A DNA stretch of 64,000 bases from an uncultured delta proteobacterium (GTDB lineage Bacteria > Myxococcota > Kuafuiibacteriia > Kuafuiibacteriales > Kuafuiibacteriaceae): positions 1-64,000 of the forward strand of contig CAWDML010000008.1 in assembly GCA_963803435.1 (NCBI GenBank), written 5' to 3'. Each line of letters starts with the position of its first letter. The first letter of the stretch is position 1. A model generated the notes under the pieces. It saw only the letters and a list, made by a program, of their open reading frames with translations, was not told where the DNA came from and did not search any database. This document shows positions 48,060 to 60,042 of this stretch, piece by piece. A program made the translations under genes and the position numbers.

Positions 48060-48627
48060 CGCGCTTCTCGATCCGGCGATCGGGGATCAGCCATATCAAG
48101 GCCACGGTGACGTAGAGTAGCTGCGACAGATATGCCGAGACAAACGAGAGGCCGATGCCGCCGAGATAGAGGAGTGCGGACAGCTTGCCCTTGAGGTCGC
48201 TGCCGAGCGCGTCCTTGAGCTCCGACGACTCGCCGTCCGTGTGGACGATGGCGCGCTGGAGGATCAAATAGGCGATGCCGGCCATGAAGAGTACCACGCC
48301 GTAGAGCGCGTTCGGGGCAACAGCGTGGGCGTTCTCGCCGAGCCATGCGGTCGAGGCGGGGACGAGAGAGAGCCAGAACAGGAGATGGAGGTTGGCCCAC
48401 ATGACGCTGGCGCTCACCTGGTGTGCGAGGTGGAGCAGGTGGTGGTGGTTGTTCCAGTAGATGCCGATGAAGACGAAGCTGAGGATGTACGCCAGGAACA
48501 CCGGGACCATCGGCTCCAGGTCGGCGACCTCGTGCCCGTGGGGCACCTTCAGCTCGAGCACCATGATGGTGATGATGATGGCGAGGACGCCGTCGCTGAA
48601 CGCTTCGAGTCTGCCCTTTCCCATCAT
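48046..48627 (-). CDS. TMEM175-family (DUF1211) potassium channel
   Basis: RLEAFSDGVLAIIITIMVLE, YILSF, YWNNHH signatures. Confidence 0.95.
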   Translation of the reverse strand: MMGKGRLEAFSDGVLAIIITIMVLELKVPHGHEVADLEPMVPVFLAYILSFVFIGIYWNNHHHLLHLAHQVSASVMWANLHLLFWLSLVPASTAWLGENAHAVAPNALYGVVLFMAGIAYLILQRAIVHTDGESSELKDALGSDLKGKLSALLYLGGIGLSFVSAYLSQLLYVTVALIWLIPDRRIEKRVTPT

Positions 48628-49379
48628 AGGAGCACCGCCACGCCGGCGATGAGATACGGTGGCTCCTTCTCCTCGCCGTTGAGGCCGCCGCCGCCGGAGA
48701 GGTCGAGCTGGATCTTGCGGGTCACGAGATAGGTGAGACCGCCGGCCGCCGAGATCAGCTTCTCGCCGCCGTCGGTGTACTGAAGGTAGCTCTCGACGAA
48801 TGCGCCGAAGGCCTCGGTCAGCTGATAGCCGAGGGCGATGCCGGCGGCCAGGTCGAACGCGCGGCCGTCTCGGTCGGGCAGGCTGGTGAAGCCGAGGTTG
48901 AGGTTCCATCCGATCGCAAACGCGTCGGTGGCGTTCAGCTGGAAGTTGAGGCCGACGCCGCCGTCGATGCCGCGCGCGGGGCCGCCGTCCGAGCCCGTCG
49001 GCAAAGACAGGAACGGCACGGCGCTCATCGAGAGGGGACCGACCAGCGTGCCGCCGACCTTCACGCCCACCGACGCATCGCCCGAGCTCACTCGAGCTCT
49101 GGGCTCGCCGTGGGGGATCTCGATCTGGACGTCGGGTGCGACGACGCGTACCTCGAGGAGATTGGTGAGCCCGATCCGGAGCAGGAGACTGGGCGCACCC
49201 ACGTCCGTGACGTGATGGTCGAAGTCGCCACGGGCGCCGAGCTCGAGCTGGACGTGTCCGGGCGCAACCACACCGGTGCCGTCCGCAAAGCCGGGACGGT
49301 CGGGGCTGATCGTCAGCTCCTCTTCGGCGACCGCTGTTTGAGTGACGAGCAGCGCGGCCAGGATCAGAGGCGCGGGCAT
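48624..49379 (-). CDS. Outer-membrane beta-barrel transporter (MetA-pathway/SphA-like)
   Basis: Signal peptide, ISPDRPGF, VVAPGHVQLELG, LSLPTG, IQLDLSGG. Confidence 0.75.
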   Translation of the reverse strand: MPAPLILAALLVTQTAVAEEELTISPDRPGFADGTGVVAPGHVQLELGARGDFDHHVTDVGAPSLLLRIGLTNLLEVRVVAPDVQIEIPHGEPRARVSSGDASVGVKVGGTLVGPLSMSAVPFLSLPTGSDGGPARGIDGGVGLNFQLNATDAFAIGWNLNLGFTSLPDRDGRAFDLAAGIALGYQLTEAFGAFVESYLQYTDGGEKLISAAGGLTYLVTRKIQLDLSGGGGLNGEEKEPPYLIAGVAVLL

Positions 49380-49416
49380 GCCGCCTTCTAGATCGGGCTC
49401 GGCCTCGCCGCCAGCA

Positions 49417-52400
49417 TCACAGTCGCGGCCGGACGGTCAGCCCGGTGAGGTGGGCGCCGTAGCGGACCTCCAGCTCGCCGAGCAGGTGTGAGCGTTCGCG
49501 CTGGAGCGTTCGGAGGCGAAGGATGTGGACGGCGTCGCCGGCGCCGATCGCGAGCCGGCGTCCCGAGCGGCTGAAAGCGAGCACGGTGGGCCGCTCGGCG
49601 GACTCGAGCGTCATCAGGAGCTGCCACGTGCGCGTGTCGTAGACGGAGACGCGGCGATCCGCGGCGACTCCGAAGCGCCGCCCGTCGGGAGAGAAGGCCA
49701 GGGCCCGGACGCGGCCTTCGAGCTCCAGGCGGTGGTCGAGTGACGACTGCTCGTTCCGCCAGAAGACGATCCGGCCTCGCGCGTCGGCGGCGGCAATCAG
49801 GGAACAATCCGGTGTCGCAGCTACCGCGGTGATGTCTTCGATCGGCGCGTGAAACACGTGGGCCGGCCTTTCGGCGTTCCGGGGCCAGACGCGGACCATC
49901 TCGTCGACGCCGCCCGAGATCAGGGTGTCCTTGGCGAATGCCACCGCCGTCACGCTGCCTTCGTGGCCGCGCAACTTAACTTGCACATTCTCCTCCGAGT
50001 CGAGCACGCGGATGACGTCTGCGGCGGGAACGGCCATCCGCGTCCAATCCGAGGTGAACGCGAGCAACCCTTCACCAGCCAGCCCCGGGACGTGGACCTC
50101 GTGGATCTCCTCGCCCGACTTCGCATCGAAAATCCGAAGCTGATCTCCGGCGGCGACGGCCAGGGCCTCGGTGTCCGCGGCGAAGCCCACGGCGCGCACC
50201 TCCCTCGCCAGCTCGAGGGCGAGGGGTGGTCGTCCCTTGGGGGCACGGAAGGCGCGGACAATCCGGTCGTCGGCGGCGGTAAAGAGGGTGACAGCGTCGG
50301 GCGAGAGGGCGAGCCCGCGGATCGAGCGCTCGTGGGCGATGAAGCGGCCGTCCAGCGCGCCACCCTCGAAGCGGCGCACGTGGCCGTCGGCGGCGGCGAC
50401 CAACACCGTCTTCCCCTCGAAGGCGAGGCCGGTCGGCGCGCCCGGGAGCGGCCCGATCGCGGACAGCGGCACGCCGGAGTCGGGGGACCAGATCCGGATC
50501 GTACGATCGACGCCGGCGGTTCCGAAGGTCCCGTCGCTCGCAAAGGCGAGGGCGGTGATCTCACCGCCGTGCGCCCGTGCCGCTCCGATGGTCTGCAGCG
50601 AGTCGCTCGATCTGCGATACAGGTTGCCTTCGGCGTCGGCGAACACCAGGACGTCGCCCTGCGGAGAGTAGGCGAGACGGTCGACGGGCCCGGTCCCCTT
50701 CCAGGCGATCGATCCGTCGCCCCACAGTCGCACGGTGCCATCCGCGCCCGAGCTCGCCAGCACGCGGCCGTCGCGGGACCATGCCAGGGCGAGCACGGCG
50801 CCATCGTGACCTCGGTGTCGATCGACCACCTTGCGCTCGTCGCGATCCCAGACCGTGATCTCGCCGTCCCCACCACCGGCGAGTCGTGTCCCGTCGGGCG
50901 AGTACGCGAGCGAGTGCACCCAGCCGCCCTTCTTCTCCAGCCGTGCCAGCGCTTCGCCGGTGGAGCCACGCCGAGATCTGCACGCCCCAGCTGGTGGCGC
51001 AGGCGAGCTCGTCCGCCTTCGGATCGTGCGCGAGGGCCGCGCAGCCGGCGTAGGTGCGCTCCTGCCAGGCGAGCTCGGGGGCCCAGGCCCCATCAATCGA
51101 CGCCAGCAGGCCCCGCGCCTCCGGGTGCTCAGCCTGCTCGAGGGCGGCGCCCGCTTCGAGCGCGACCCCAATCCAGTCCTTCTCGCGCTCGAGGACGCGC
51201 CCCTTCTCCACGAAGGCGTCCGCGAGGTTCTTCCGGCTCGACTGCTCGGCGGCGAGAGCCCGGTCGCGCTCGCCGAGCAGCTGGACGTAGGCCGCACCGA
51301 GGACAATCAGGAGCGCGAGCACCGCCATCACCGAGACGGCGATGACCGGCCGGTTGCGCTCGACGAATCGCTTCAAGAGCTCGAGGCTCGAGTACTCGTA
51401 GACCTCGACCTTCGCGCCCGATCGGTAGGCCTCAATCTCCTCCGCCAGCTCTCTCGCGCTCTGGTAGCGGTTCCGAGGATCAAAGCGCAGGGCGTGCTCG
51501 GCGACCGCCGCCAGCTCGCGCGGCGCCTCGGGACAGACCTGCGCGATCGGCTCGTACTCGCCGCGCATCACCTTGAAGAGGAGCGCCGGCAGGTTCTTGC
51601 CGTTGAACGGGAGCTTGCCGGTCAGGATCTGGTAGAGGACCACGCCCAGGCTCCAGACGTCGGAGCGCTCGTCGATGTCGTCGATCCGGCCCTCCGCCTG
51701 CTCCGGGCTCATGTACGCGGGCGTCCCGAACGCGGCGCCCGGCATCGTCCGCGCGGAGTTCTCCTCGTCCTGGAGGACCTGGATCGAACGCGCGAGATCC
51801 CGGCCGCGGACATCCTCCTTGCCCCGCACCTTGGCGACGCCCCAGTCGAGCACGACGGTCTCGCCGAACTCTCCGATCATCACGTTATCGGGCTTGATGT
51901 CGCGGTGGATCACGCCGCGGCTGTGCGCGTAGGCGATCGCGTTGCAGAGGTCGACGAAGTGCCCGAGCAGCCACAGCCGATCGCGGGAGATCGTGCGCCT
52001 CGCCGAGCGCGCTCTTCAGCGTACGCCCGCGGACGTACTTCATCGTGTAGTAGAGCGTGGTGTCGTGGCGCCGGCCCAGCTCGTAGACAGGCACGATGTT
52101 CGGGATGCTCGAGCTGCGCGGTGACGCGAGCCTCGAGGAGGAATCGGACCAGCGACTCCCCGGTCTCGCGCGGGGTTCGTCCGGCGCTGCTCGCGGTCCG
52201 CTCGGGCAGCAGCTCCTTGACCGCCACCTCGCGGCCCAGGTGCACGTCGAAGGCGCCCAGTACGCGCCCGAGGCCGCCCCGCCCGAATCTCCTTCTTGGC
52301 GTACTGATAGCGGCCGTCGTGCTCGGTGGTGACCGGGGCGTCGTCGAGCACCGGCGGCGCATGCGGCTCGCTCTCCGCGCGATGGCTGGAGATGACGGTG

Positions 52401-52486
52401 TCGAGCAGGCCGTGCTGATCCTCCGTCAGCTCGGAGGCCGCCTCCGGCCGCGCCGGCCGATCGTCCTTGGTATCGTCGAGCGACAC
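49417..52486 (-). CDS. Ser/Thr kinase-TM-WD40 repeat protein with about four apparent frameshifts (near 52287, 52101, 51985, 50975)
   Basis: GRGGLGRV/VAVKE, NIVPVYE, HRDIKPDN/DWG/GTPAYMSPE and WD40 repeats (GHDGAVLALAWS, GHEGSVTAVAF) lie in successive frames. Confidence 0.82.
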
Positions 52487-52488
52487 GC

Positions 52489-54186
52489 TTAGTTCGAAGT
52501 GCAGGCGCCGACGATCTGGCTCGCGATCGGAGTCCCGATCGGCTCGCACTTCCCTCCCAGCGGGAGGATGGCACAGTCCGCGTCGGAGCAGCAGAGCGTG
52601 CTACACACGTTGGCGATACAGACCTCGCTCTCGCAGTCGGAGCCGATGGTGCAGGCGGCGCCCAGGACGGCGGTGCCGGCCCCGGCGTTCCGGTTGGCAC
52701 AGATCTTCACGATCGTGTTCGCATCGACGTCGTACAGCCCGCAGCTCTGGGCCGCCGGACAGTCGGCGTCCGAGCAGCAGTGCGCGGCACACAGCCCGCT
52801 GTAGCGGTTGCAGATGCCGCTCCGGCAGTTGTCGTTCGTGGTGCAGACGACACCGGTGATGTTGAGCGTGGGCTGCTGGAAGCAGAGGTGATCGTAGGCC
52901 GGCGTGCCCGCGTTGTCCTGCGTGTACATCCAGCAGTTTCCGCCGTAGCTGGCGCAGTCGGAGTCGCGCGAGCACGTCTCGATGCACTGGTTGGTTCCCG
53001 TGTTGCACCAGAAGCTCTGGCAGGTGTTGACCGTGGTCGAGCAGGCGCCGCCCGCCGGAGTGTCGAACGTGGCGGGCGGCGTGAACACATTCTCGGAGAG
53101 GCAGAAACCCATGCCGCTGACGGCGATGCACGAGTAGTCGAGCGGACACTGGCTGGAGGCGCCGCAGGGGTTCGTGCAGACCTGGATCGACTGCGTGTCG
53201 ATGGTCAGGCCCAGGCAGATTCCGGCGGCGCACTGCTCATCGAAGATGCAGGTCTGATCGCCGAGCGGAAGATCGCCGGGCAGACAGCGCCCGTCGTTCG
53301 GGTTGCAGACGCCGGCTCCGCAGTCGAGCCCACCTGCCTGATCGCAGCGGAGCAGGCAGACGTTGTTCACGCAGATCTCATTGGCGCCCGTGCATTGCGA
53401 ATCGAGCTGGCAGCTGGGCGGCGGGAGGCAGCGCCCGCTGGCCGGGTCGCACATCGGCGTGGCGCCGGTGCACTGGATCCCGCCGGTGGAGCCGCACCCC
53501 GGCACACACTGCGTCGACTCGCAGACCGTCATGGGCGGGTGGCAGCCGGTGTCGTCGGCGCACGGCTCGGGGGCCGGGACGCAGCGTCCGGTGTTGGTGT
53601 CGCAGACCTCTGTTCCGGGCGCACAGCGCGTGGGATCGGCGCCGCAGCCCAGGACACACTCTTGGTTGATACAGATCTGCGACGGGGGGCCGGGCACGCA
53701 CTCCGCGTCGAGCGTACAGCTCCCGTTGGTCCCGGCGCAGTGGCCGGTGGCCGCATCGCACTGCGTGCCGCCGGTGCAGATGAGGCCGCCGGGCTGGTTG
53801 CAACCCTTCACGCACTGGTTGGCCATGCAGATGTTCGCCGGCGCGCCTCCGCACTGATCGTCGCGCGTGCAGCCGCTCGTGGTGCTGGTGCCGGTGTCGG
53901 TCAGCCCGGCGTCCTTCGTCGGCGGTACGCCGCTGTCGCCGGCCTCGATCGTCTTGCATTGGCGGTCGGCCTGATCGCACCACTGCCCGACCATGCACTC
54001 GTCGTCCGTATCGCAACCCGTCTTGCTTCCGGCCGTGCAGGTGCCGGCGACGCACACCTCGCCCGCGACGCAGTTCCGTGTGCTCTGACACGGACCGCCG
54101 GGCGTTGGACTTCGCGAGCACGCGCCCGCAGCCAGCGAGGCCAGAAGTCCCAAAAATCTGGCGCCCTTGCGCACTCCTTCCAGCAT
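52489..54186 (-). CDS. Cysteine-rich repeat lipoprotein
   Basis: LAAGAC lipobox; many C-x-x-D-x-x-C repeats throughout. Confidence 0.85.
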   Translation of the reverse strand: MLEGVRKGARFLGLLASLAAGACSRSPTPGGPCQSTRNCVAGEVCVAGTCTAGSKTGCDTDDECMVGQWCDQADRQCKTIEAGDSGVPPTKDAGLTDTGTSTTSGCTRDDQCGGAPANICMANQCVKGCNQPGGLICTGGTQCDAATGHCAGTNGSCTLDAECVPGPPSQICINQECVLGCGADPTRCAPGTEVCDTNTGRCVPAPEPCADDTGCHPPMTVCESTQCVPGCGSTGGIQCTGATPMCDPASGRCLPPPSCQLDSQCTGANEICVNNVCLLRCDQAGGLDCGAGVCNPNDGRCLPGDLPLGDQTCIFDEQCAAGICLGLTIDTQSIQVCTNPCGASSQCPLDYSCIAVSGMGFCLSENVFTPPATFDTPAGGACSTTVNTCQSFWCNTGTNQCIETCSRDSDCASYGGNCWMYTQDNAGTPAYDHLCFQQPTLNITGVVCTTNDNCRSGICNRYSGLCAAHCCSDADCPAAQSCGLYDVDANTIVKICANRNAGAGTAVLGAACTIGSDCESEVCIANVCSTLCCSDADCAILPLGGKCEPIGTPIASQIVGACTSN

Positions 54187-54239
54187 ACACCGCCGGGCCC
54201 CGATGACGGAGCGCCCCCCCATAGGTCATGCTTCCGAGG

Positions 54240-54872
54240 ATGCAACGGCGAGCGATCATGGTGCTTTGCGCGATGCTCGCGTCGTCCGCGGCCTCGGAGG
54301 CCCGGGCCTCCAACGCCAAGGCGGAAGTGGTGCTCGAGATCGAGCGGATCGAAACGACCATCAAGGCCACCCGCTGGAATCTCAACACGCTGGAGGAGAA
54401 GAAGAAGCTGCAGAACGATCTGCGGCTCCTCCGGATCCTCTACGACCGGATCGTGGACTACGAGGCCGAGCTGATGGCGTTCCCCTGCGCCGGCGCAGTC
54501 ATCGACAACGAAGGGGGCCCGCCGATCTCTACCGAAGAGTCCGACATGGCCGGGCTCTTGTCCCAGCAACAGATCACCGCCGCGCAGATCGCGGCCGCGC
54601 AGAACGCGCCACCCCCGGCGCCGCCGCCCGGCGGAGGCGGCGACAACCTCGCGCCTCCGCCGGGGCGCGGCCTGAGGTTCGGTGGCGGGATGGGCTTCGT
54701 CCGCACGATCACCGACGTCGAGGTCCAGCTCCTGGCCGGGCTGGTGTTCATCGACGACAAGCTCGACCACGGGGACTGGAACCTCAACAACCTCGAGGAG
54801 AAGAAGAAGCTGATGAACGAGCGCGACAACATCAAGGCTGGCCTTCGCAGGATCCGCAACAGCCGCTGCTGA
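54240..54872 (+). CDS. Secreted hypothetical protein with duplicated helical motif
   Basis: Signal peptide ending EARA; WNLNTLEEKKKLQN and WNLNNLEEKKKLMN. Confidence 0.7.
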   Translation: MQRRAIMVLCAMLASSAASEARASNAKAEVVLEIERIETTIKATRWNLNTLEEKKKLQNDLRLLRILYDRIVDYEAELMAFPCAGAVIDNEGGPPISTEESDMAGLLSQQQITAAQIAAAQNAPPPAPPPGGGGDNLAPPPGRGLRFGGGMGFVRTITDVEVQLLAGLVFIDDKLDHGDWNLNNLEEKKKLMNERDNIKAGLRRIRNSRC

Positions 54873-54888
54873 CTCGCCAGAGCCCGTT

Positions 54889-56877
54889 TCAACGAAACAG
54901 ATCGAGATCGAAGCCCATCACGCGGGCACCGTCGTCCGTGGTCGAGATCTCGAGGTCGAGCGTGGGGCTTCCGGTGCTCGTCAACGTGAATGGGCGGTTC
55001 TTGAGCCCGCGCAGGGCCTCCGTCTTCGCGTCCAAGACCACGCGATCGCCCTGGCGAAGGACCAGCAGGACCGGTGCCTGGTTCGTGCTCTGATGGGCCG
55101 CGTCGCTCAACCCATAGTGCAGCAAGCCGCGCCGCGCGGCCGGGATCGTCATGTGCGCCACCACGCGGGCCCCGGCGATCGGGTGGAAGAAGAGGACCGG
55201 CTCAGGCCGCCCGTTCATCTCCAGGGCGTCCGGGATCAGGTGCTGCCAGGGCTGATCGCCGTAGCGGCACTCGGGGCCGGCGGCGGCTTTGCAAGTCGAC
55301 TTGCCTTCGACCTCGATCGAGCGCCACTGCTCCGAGGCCCGGTACACCAGGTCCGGCGGGCGCGGGCGGGTATGCTCGCCGCGCTTCACCAGCACCGGAC
55401 CGAAGAGACGCGCGCCCTCCGGTACCGGGCCTTCGTGCCGACTCCCGTTCTCGACGCGCCAGCGGACGAGGGCACCGCGCTGCATGGGGAGATCGCGGCC
55501 GTACACGCCGCGCGCGATCAGGCTCCACGCGTAGCCGTTGTTGAAGTGCTCGAACTGAACGTCCACAGGACGCCCCTCGGCGAGCGCTTCGCCGACCATG
55601 TCGACGGTGATCGCGAGGCCGTTGAGCCCGTCGACGTCACGGTAGTAGCGGAACACGTTGGTCAGCATCGCCGCTGCCGACACCGCCGCCAGGCTGATCA
55701 CGAGCGGCCGTAGCCGGGAGCGGCGGGCGATGTCGAAGCCGAGGGCCAGCGGCCACAGGAGCATCGGCATCAGCACGTTGGCGTAGTGGGGAAAGTAGCC
55801 CTTCTTCGCCGGCACCAGGAGCGCGATCCCGCCGGCCAGCCCCGCCAGCAGTCCCAGGAAGACCACGTCCTCGAGGCGGAGCGCCTCCCGCCGGCGCGTG
55901 CGGACCGCCGCCCCGACGTGCCTCGAGAGACCGATCAGCGCGGCGATCCAGAGCGCGAGCGAGAGCGCGATCGAGAGGATCGTGAGCGTTGCGATCGCGG
56001 GGCCCTCGTGGTCGAGCCAGCGGGTCCATCCGGCGACCGTCGCGTAGCGTGCGAGGTCGTCGTAGCCCCCCCAGTATCCACGACCGAAGTGATAGGACAG
56101 CTCGGCCGATCCGTAGAAGATAGCGTAGCCGATCATCTCGAGCGGGATCAGCACTACCTTGGACCACGGCTCCTGCCCGCCGGCCTTGGCGAAGATCATC
56201 CGGGTGTTGGAGAAGCCGCTCGCCAGCTCGGCGATCCCCATCGGCGCGTACGCGATCACGACGATCGCCAGCGCCGCGAGGACGGCCCGACGGTTCCAGC
56301 GCCCGGGCGGCCGGAGGAGCACGATGGTACCGCAGGCGATCCAGAGGACGGGCGAGGAGAGGTGGAGCTGGGGAAGGACCAGGTTGATCGCGATCAGCAC
56401 CGTCTGCCAGCGGCCGCTGTCCCGCGCGCGTACGGCTGCGTAGATCGCGATCGATCCCAGGATGGGAACGACGCAGCTGCCCCAGATCCGATCGGAGTAC
56501 AACACGTCCCACGGCGTGATGACGGCGAACGCGAGCCCCACGAGCGCGGTGGTGGGGCCGCGCGTCTCTTCGAGGAGGAGGTAGAGGAGCCAGGCCGCCA
56601 GGAGGTGACCTACGATCACCATGACGGCGCCGAACCGCGGCGAGGCCCCGAGCAGCTGGGGGACCGCCATCAGGTAATAGTAGAGGGCGCCGGGCAGGTG
56701 GGCGGCGGAGCCGGTGATCTCGGGCCCGTAGACGGGGAAGGTCTCGAAGCGGGCGAGCTGGCGCGACACGAACCAGTAGTGGCTCTCGTCGCCGGTGAAG
56801 CGGGCGTTTCCGGAGGCCCAGAAGCGGATCAGAAAACCGAGCGCGATGAGGAGGAGCGCTCTGATTCGGGCCGTCAT
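54889..56877 (-). CDS. Polytopic membrane glycosyltransferase (GT-C, ArnT/PMT-like) with C-terminal extracellular domain
   Basis: First TM followed by FTGDE and HLPGALYYYL; many TM helices. Confidence 0.7.
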   Translation of the reverse strand: MTARIRALLLIALGFLIRFWASGNARFTGDESHYWFVSRQLARFETFPVYGPEITGSAAHLPGALYYYLMAVPQLLGASPRFGAVMVIVGHLLAAWLLYLLLEETRGPTTALVGLAFAVITPWDVLYSDRIWGSCVVPILGSIAIYAAVRARDSGRWQTVLIAINLVLPQLHLSSPVLWIACGTIVLLRPPGRWNRRAVLAALAIVVIAYAPMGIAELASGFSNTRMIFAKAGGQEPWSKVVLIPLEMIGYAIFYGSAELSYHFGRGYWGGYDDLARYATVAGWTRWLDHEGPAIATLTILSIALSLALWIAALIGLSRHVGAAVRTRRREALRLEDVVFLGLLAGLAGGIALLVPAKKGYFPHYANVLMPMLLWPLALGFDIARRSRLRPLVISLAAVSAAAMLTNVFRYYRDVDGLNGLAITVDMVGEALAEGRPVDVQFEHFNNGYAWSLIARGVYGRDLPMQRGALVRWRVENGSRHEGPVPEGARLFGPVLVKRGEHTRPRPPDLVYRASEQWRSIEVEGKSTCKAAAGPECRYGDQPWQHLIPDALEMNGRPEPVLFFHPIAGARVVAHMTIPAARRGLLHYGLSDAAHQSTNQAPVLLVLRQGDRVVLDAKTEALRGLKNRPFTLTSTGSPTLDLEISTTDDGARVMGFDLDLFR

Positions 56878-57473
56878 GTCGGCGGCTTCTTGAGCGTGAA
56901 CTCGATCTCCTCGAAGCCGCCGACGTAGTAGCACCACAAGCGGGAGCAGACGAGCGGCGAAAGATTGGCGAACGCGTCGATGACACGGCCGGCGGCGCGC
57001 CCCACCTCGTAGAGCGGCCGCGGCAGCACGCTCCGCTTCAGGTAAGGCTGCGCGAACCAGCGCAGGCGGACGCCCTCGTTGAGGAAGTGCGTGCCGGTGT
57101 AGCCGCCGGGGAAGTTGGGATCGAAGTAGTAGGGGAAGGTGGCGTCGAAGCCCCGCCGGTGCTCCGGATGCGAGAAGCCGCGTGAGAAGTGCGGCACGCG
57201 GATGACCAGCGTCCCGCCGGGGCTGAGGAGGCGATGGATCTCGGCCATCGTGCCGAAGACGTCGGGGAGGTGCTCGATGACGTGGTCGGCCTCGATGACC
57301 TCGAACTGGCTGTCGTCGAAGGGATACGGACGGACCGCGAGATCGTGCACGACGTCGACGCCCGGCGCGCGCGCCCAGTCCACGTTGATGAAGCCGGGCT
57401 TGGGAAAGCGCCCGCAGCCGAGGTTCAGCTGCTTCGAGCGGCCCACCGGCGCGGCGCGGACGGACGCGATCAT
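56874..57473 (-). CDS. Class I SAM-dependent methyltransferase-like protein
   Basis: LNLGCG, INVD, PFDDSQFE, HVIEH, EIHRLLSPGG, HPEH. Confidence 0.88.
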   Translation of the reverse strand: MIASVRAAPVGRSKQLNLGCGRFPKPGFINVDWARAPGVDVVHDLAVRPYPFDDSQFEVIEADHVIEHLPDVFGTMAEIHRLLSPGGTLVIRVPHFSRGFSHPEHRRGFDATFPYYFDPNFPGGYTGTHFLNEGVRLRWFAQPYLKRSVLPRPLYEVGRAAGRVIDAFANLSPLVCSRLWCYYVGGFEEIEFTLKKPPT

Positions 57474-57504
57474 CGTCTCCTCATCGCGTCGGGAGCGTCC
57501 CGGG

Positions 57505-58320
57505 TCAAGGGCCGGGGGCGGGTCCGAGCTCCACCACCACCGGGTAGTGATCGCTCGACTGCGTCGCAATGCGCGCGCCCGATCGGGCGCGGGCTGCCAG
57601 CGCGGAGTCGACCAGCACGTAGTCGAGACGGAAGGCCCACCGGTCCGCATGGAAGGTCGGGCCCTCGTCGAAGCGGCCGATGAGATCGGTGAGCCCCAGG
57701 CGCGTCAGGCTCTTCGGTCCGGGCGCGGAGGGCGGTGCGTTGAGATCGCCCGCCACGATCAGCCGTCCCGGCACGCCCTCCAGCCGCCGCGAGAGCTGTC
57801 GCGCGCCGATCGCCGCCGACCAGGGCAGGTGGTCGAGGTGGACCGCGATCATGCGGAGCGGGTCGCCGTTCCACTCGAGGGTGGCGTCGATCGCGGACCT
57901 CGGGTTGCTGTCGAACAGCGCGGAGATCCGGATGCGGACGGCCGACCGGATCGGGATCCGCGAGAGCAGTGCGTTGCCGTAGTGCCCGCCCTCGAGCCGG
58001 ATCGCACCGCAAAACACGCTGCTCATCCCGAGCGCTTCGGCGAGGACCCGGGTCTGATCCACCCGCCCGCTGCGCTCCGACTCGTGGTCGATCTCCTGGA
58101 TCGCCACGACGTCCGGATCGATCCGGATCAGTTCCTCGGCGAGCCGCTCGATGGAGGACATCCAGCCGCCCATCAGGTTGTAGCTGGCGACCCGGAGGCG
58201 GTCAGCGCGAGGCTCGGTCGCCCGCCGCTCGATCCGCAGGAGGTCGCTCTCCTGGCGCCGGCCGCGGCGGAGGATCGACCGCGCCAGATCCGCCGAAGTC
58301 TTGAGCCAGAGATCGATCAC
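57505..58320 (-). CDS. Endonuclease/exonuclease/phosphatase family protein
   Basis: ASYN, DVVAIQE, YGNALLSR, HL, GDLN, RLDYV, SDHYP. Confidence 0.92.
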   Translation of the reverse strand: MIDLWLKTSADLARSILRRGRRQESDLLRIERRATEPRADRLRVASYNLMGGWMSSIERLAEELIRIDPDVVAIQEIDHESERSGRVDQTRVLAEALGMSSVFCGAIRLEGGHYGNALLSRIPIRSAVRIRISALFDSNPRSAIDATLEWNGDPLRMIAVHLDHLPWSAAIGARQLSRRLEGVPGRLIVAGDLNAPPSAPGPKSLTRLGLTDLIGRFDEGPTFHADRWAFRLDYVLVDSALAARARSGARIATQSSDHYPVVVELGPAPGP

Positions 58321-58361
58321 TCGGCCGACGTTGTATCAGGGTGGTGGCGTTCGCCGAACTG

Positions 58362-59648
<1,287 letters not shown>

Positions 59649-59673
59649 AGGAAGGCGCAGGCTACAGTCGGTC

Positions 59674-60042
59674 TCACTTCACATCAATCGGCATCGTCTC
59701 TTCGTCGCCGGTGGTGCGGAGCGTGCTGTCCTCCAGATCAGCCCCGCGCGGGATGCGCGCGTCCCGCCCGCCGCCGAGGATGGGCGTCTCCTGGCTGGCG
59801 GAGATCGCGGCGAAGCCCGTCTTCTCGTCGAGCTCGATGGTGAAGATCGTCCCGTCGAAGCCGACCGTCTCCATGCGTGGGCCGCTCGCACCCATCGCCT
59901 CCCGGCAGCCGGGAACGATCAGCGCGGCTCCGCTCTCGTGCTCGATGTGCAGGCGAACGATCGGTGCACGAGCGCCGGCTCCCAGACCGCGGATCCGCAG
60001 TGTGATCCCCTCTCCCTGGTAGCGGCGCTCGGCGCTGCCCAT
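59674..60042 (-). CDS. Hypothetical protein (122 aa)
   Basis: ATG overlaps the upstream stop; fills the gap between the kinase and hemL. Confidence 0.5.
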   Translation of the reverse strand: MGSAERRYQGEGITLRIRGLGAGARAPIVRLHIEHESGAALIVPGCREAMGASGPRMETVGFDGTIFTIELDEKTGFAAISASQETPILGGGRDARIPRGADLEDSTLRTTGDEETMPIDVK

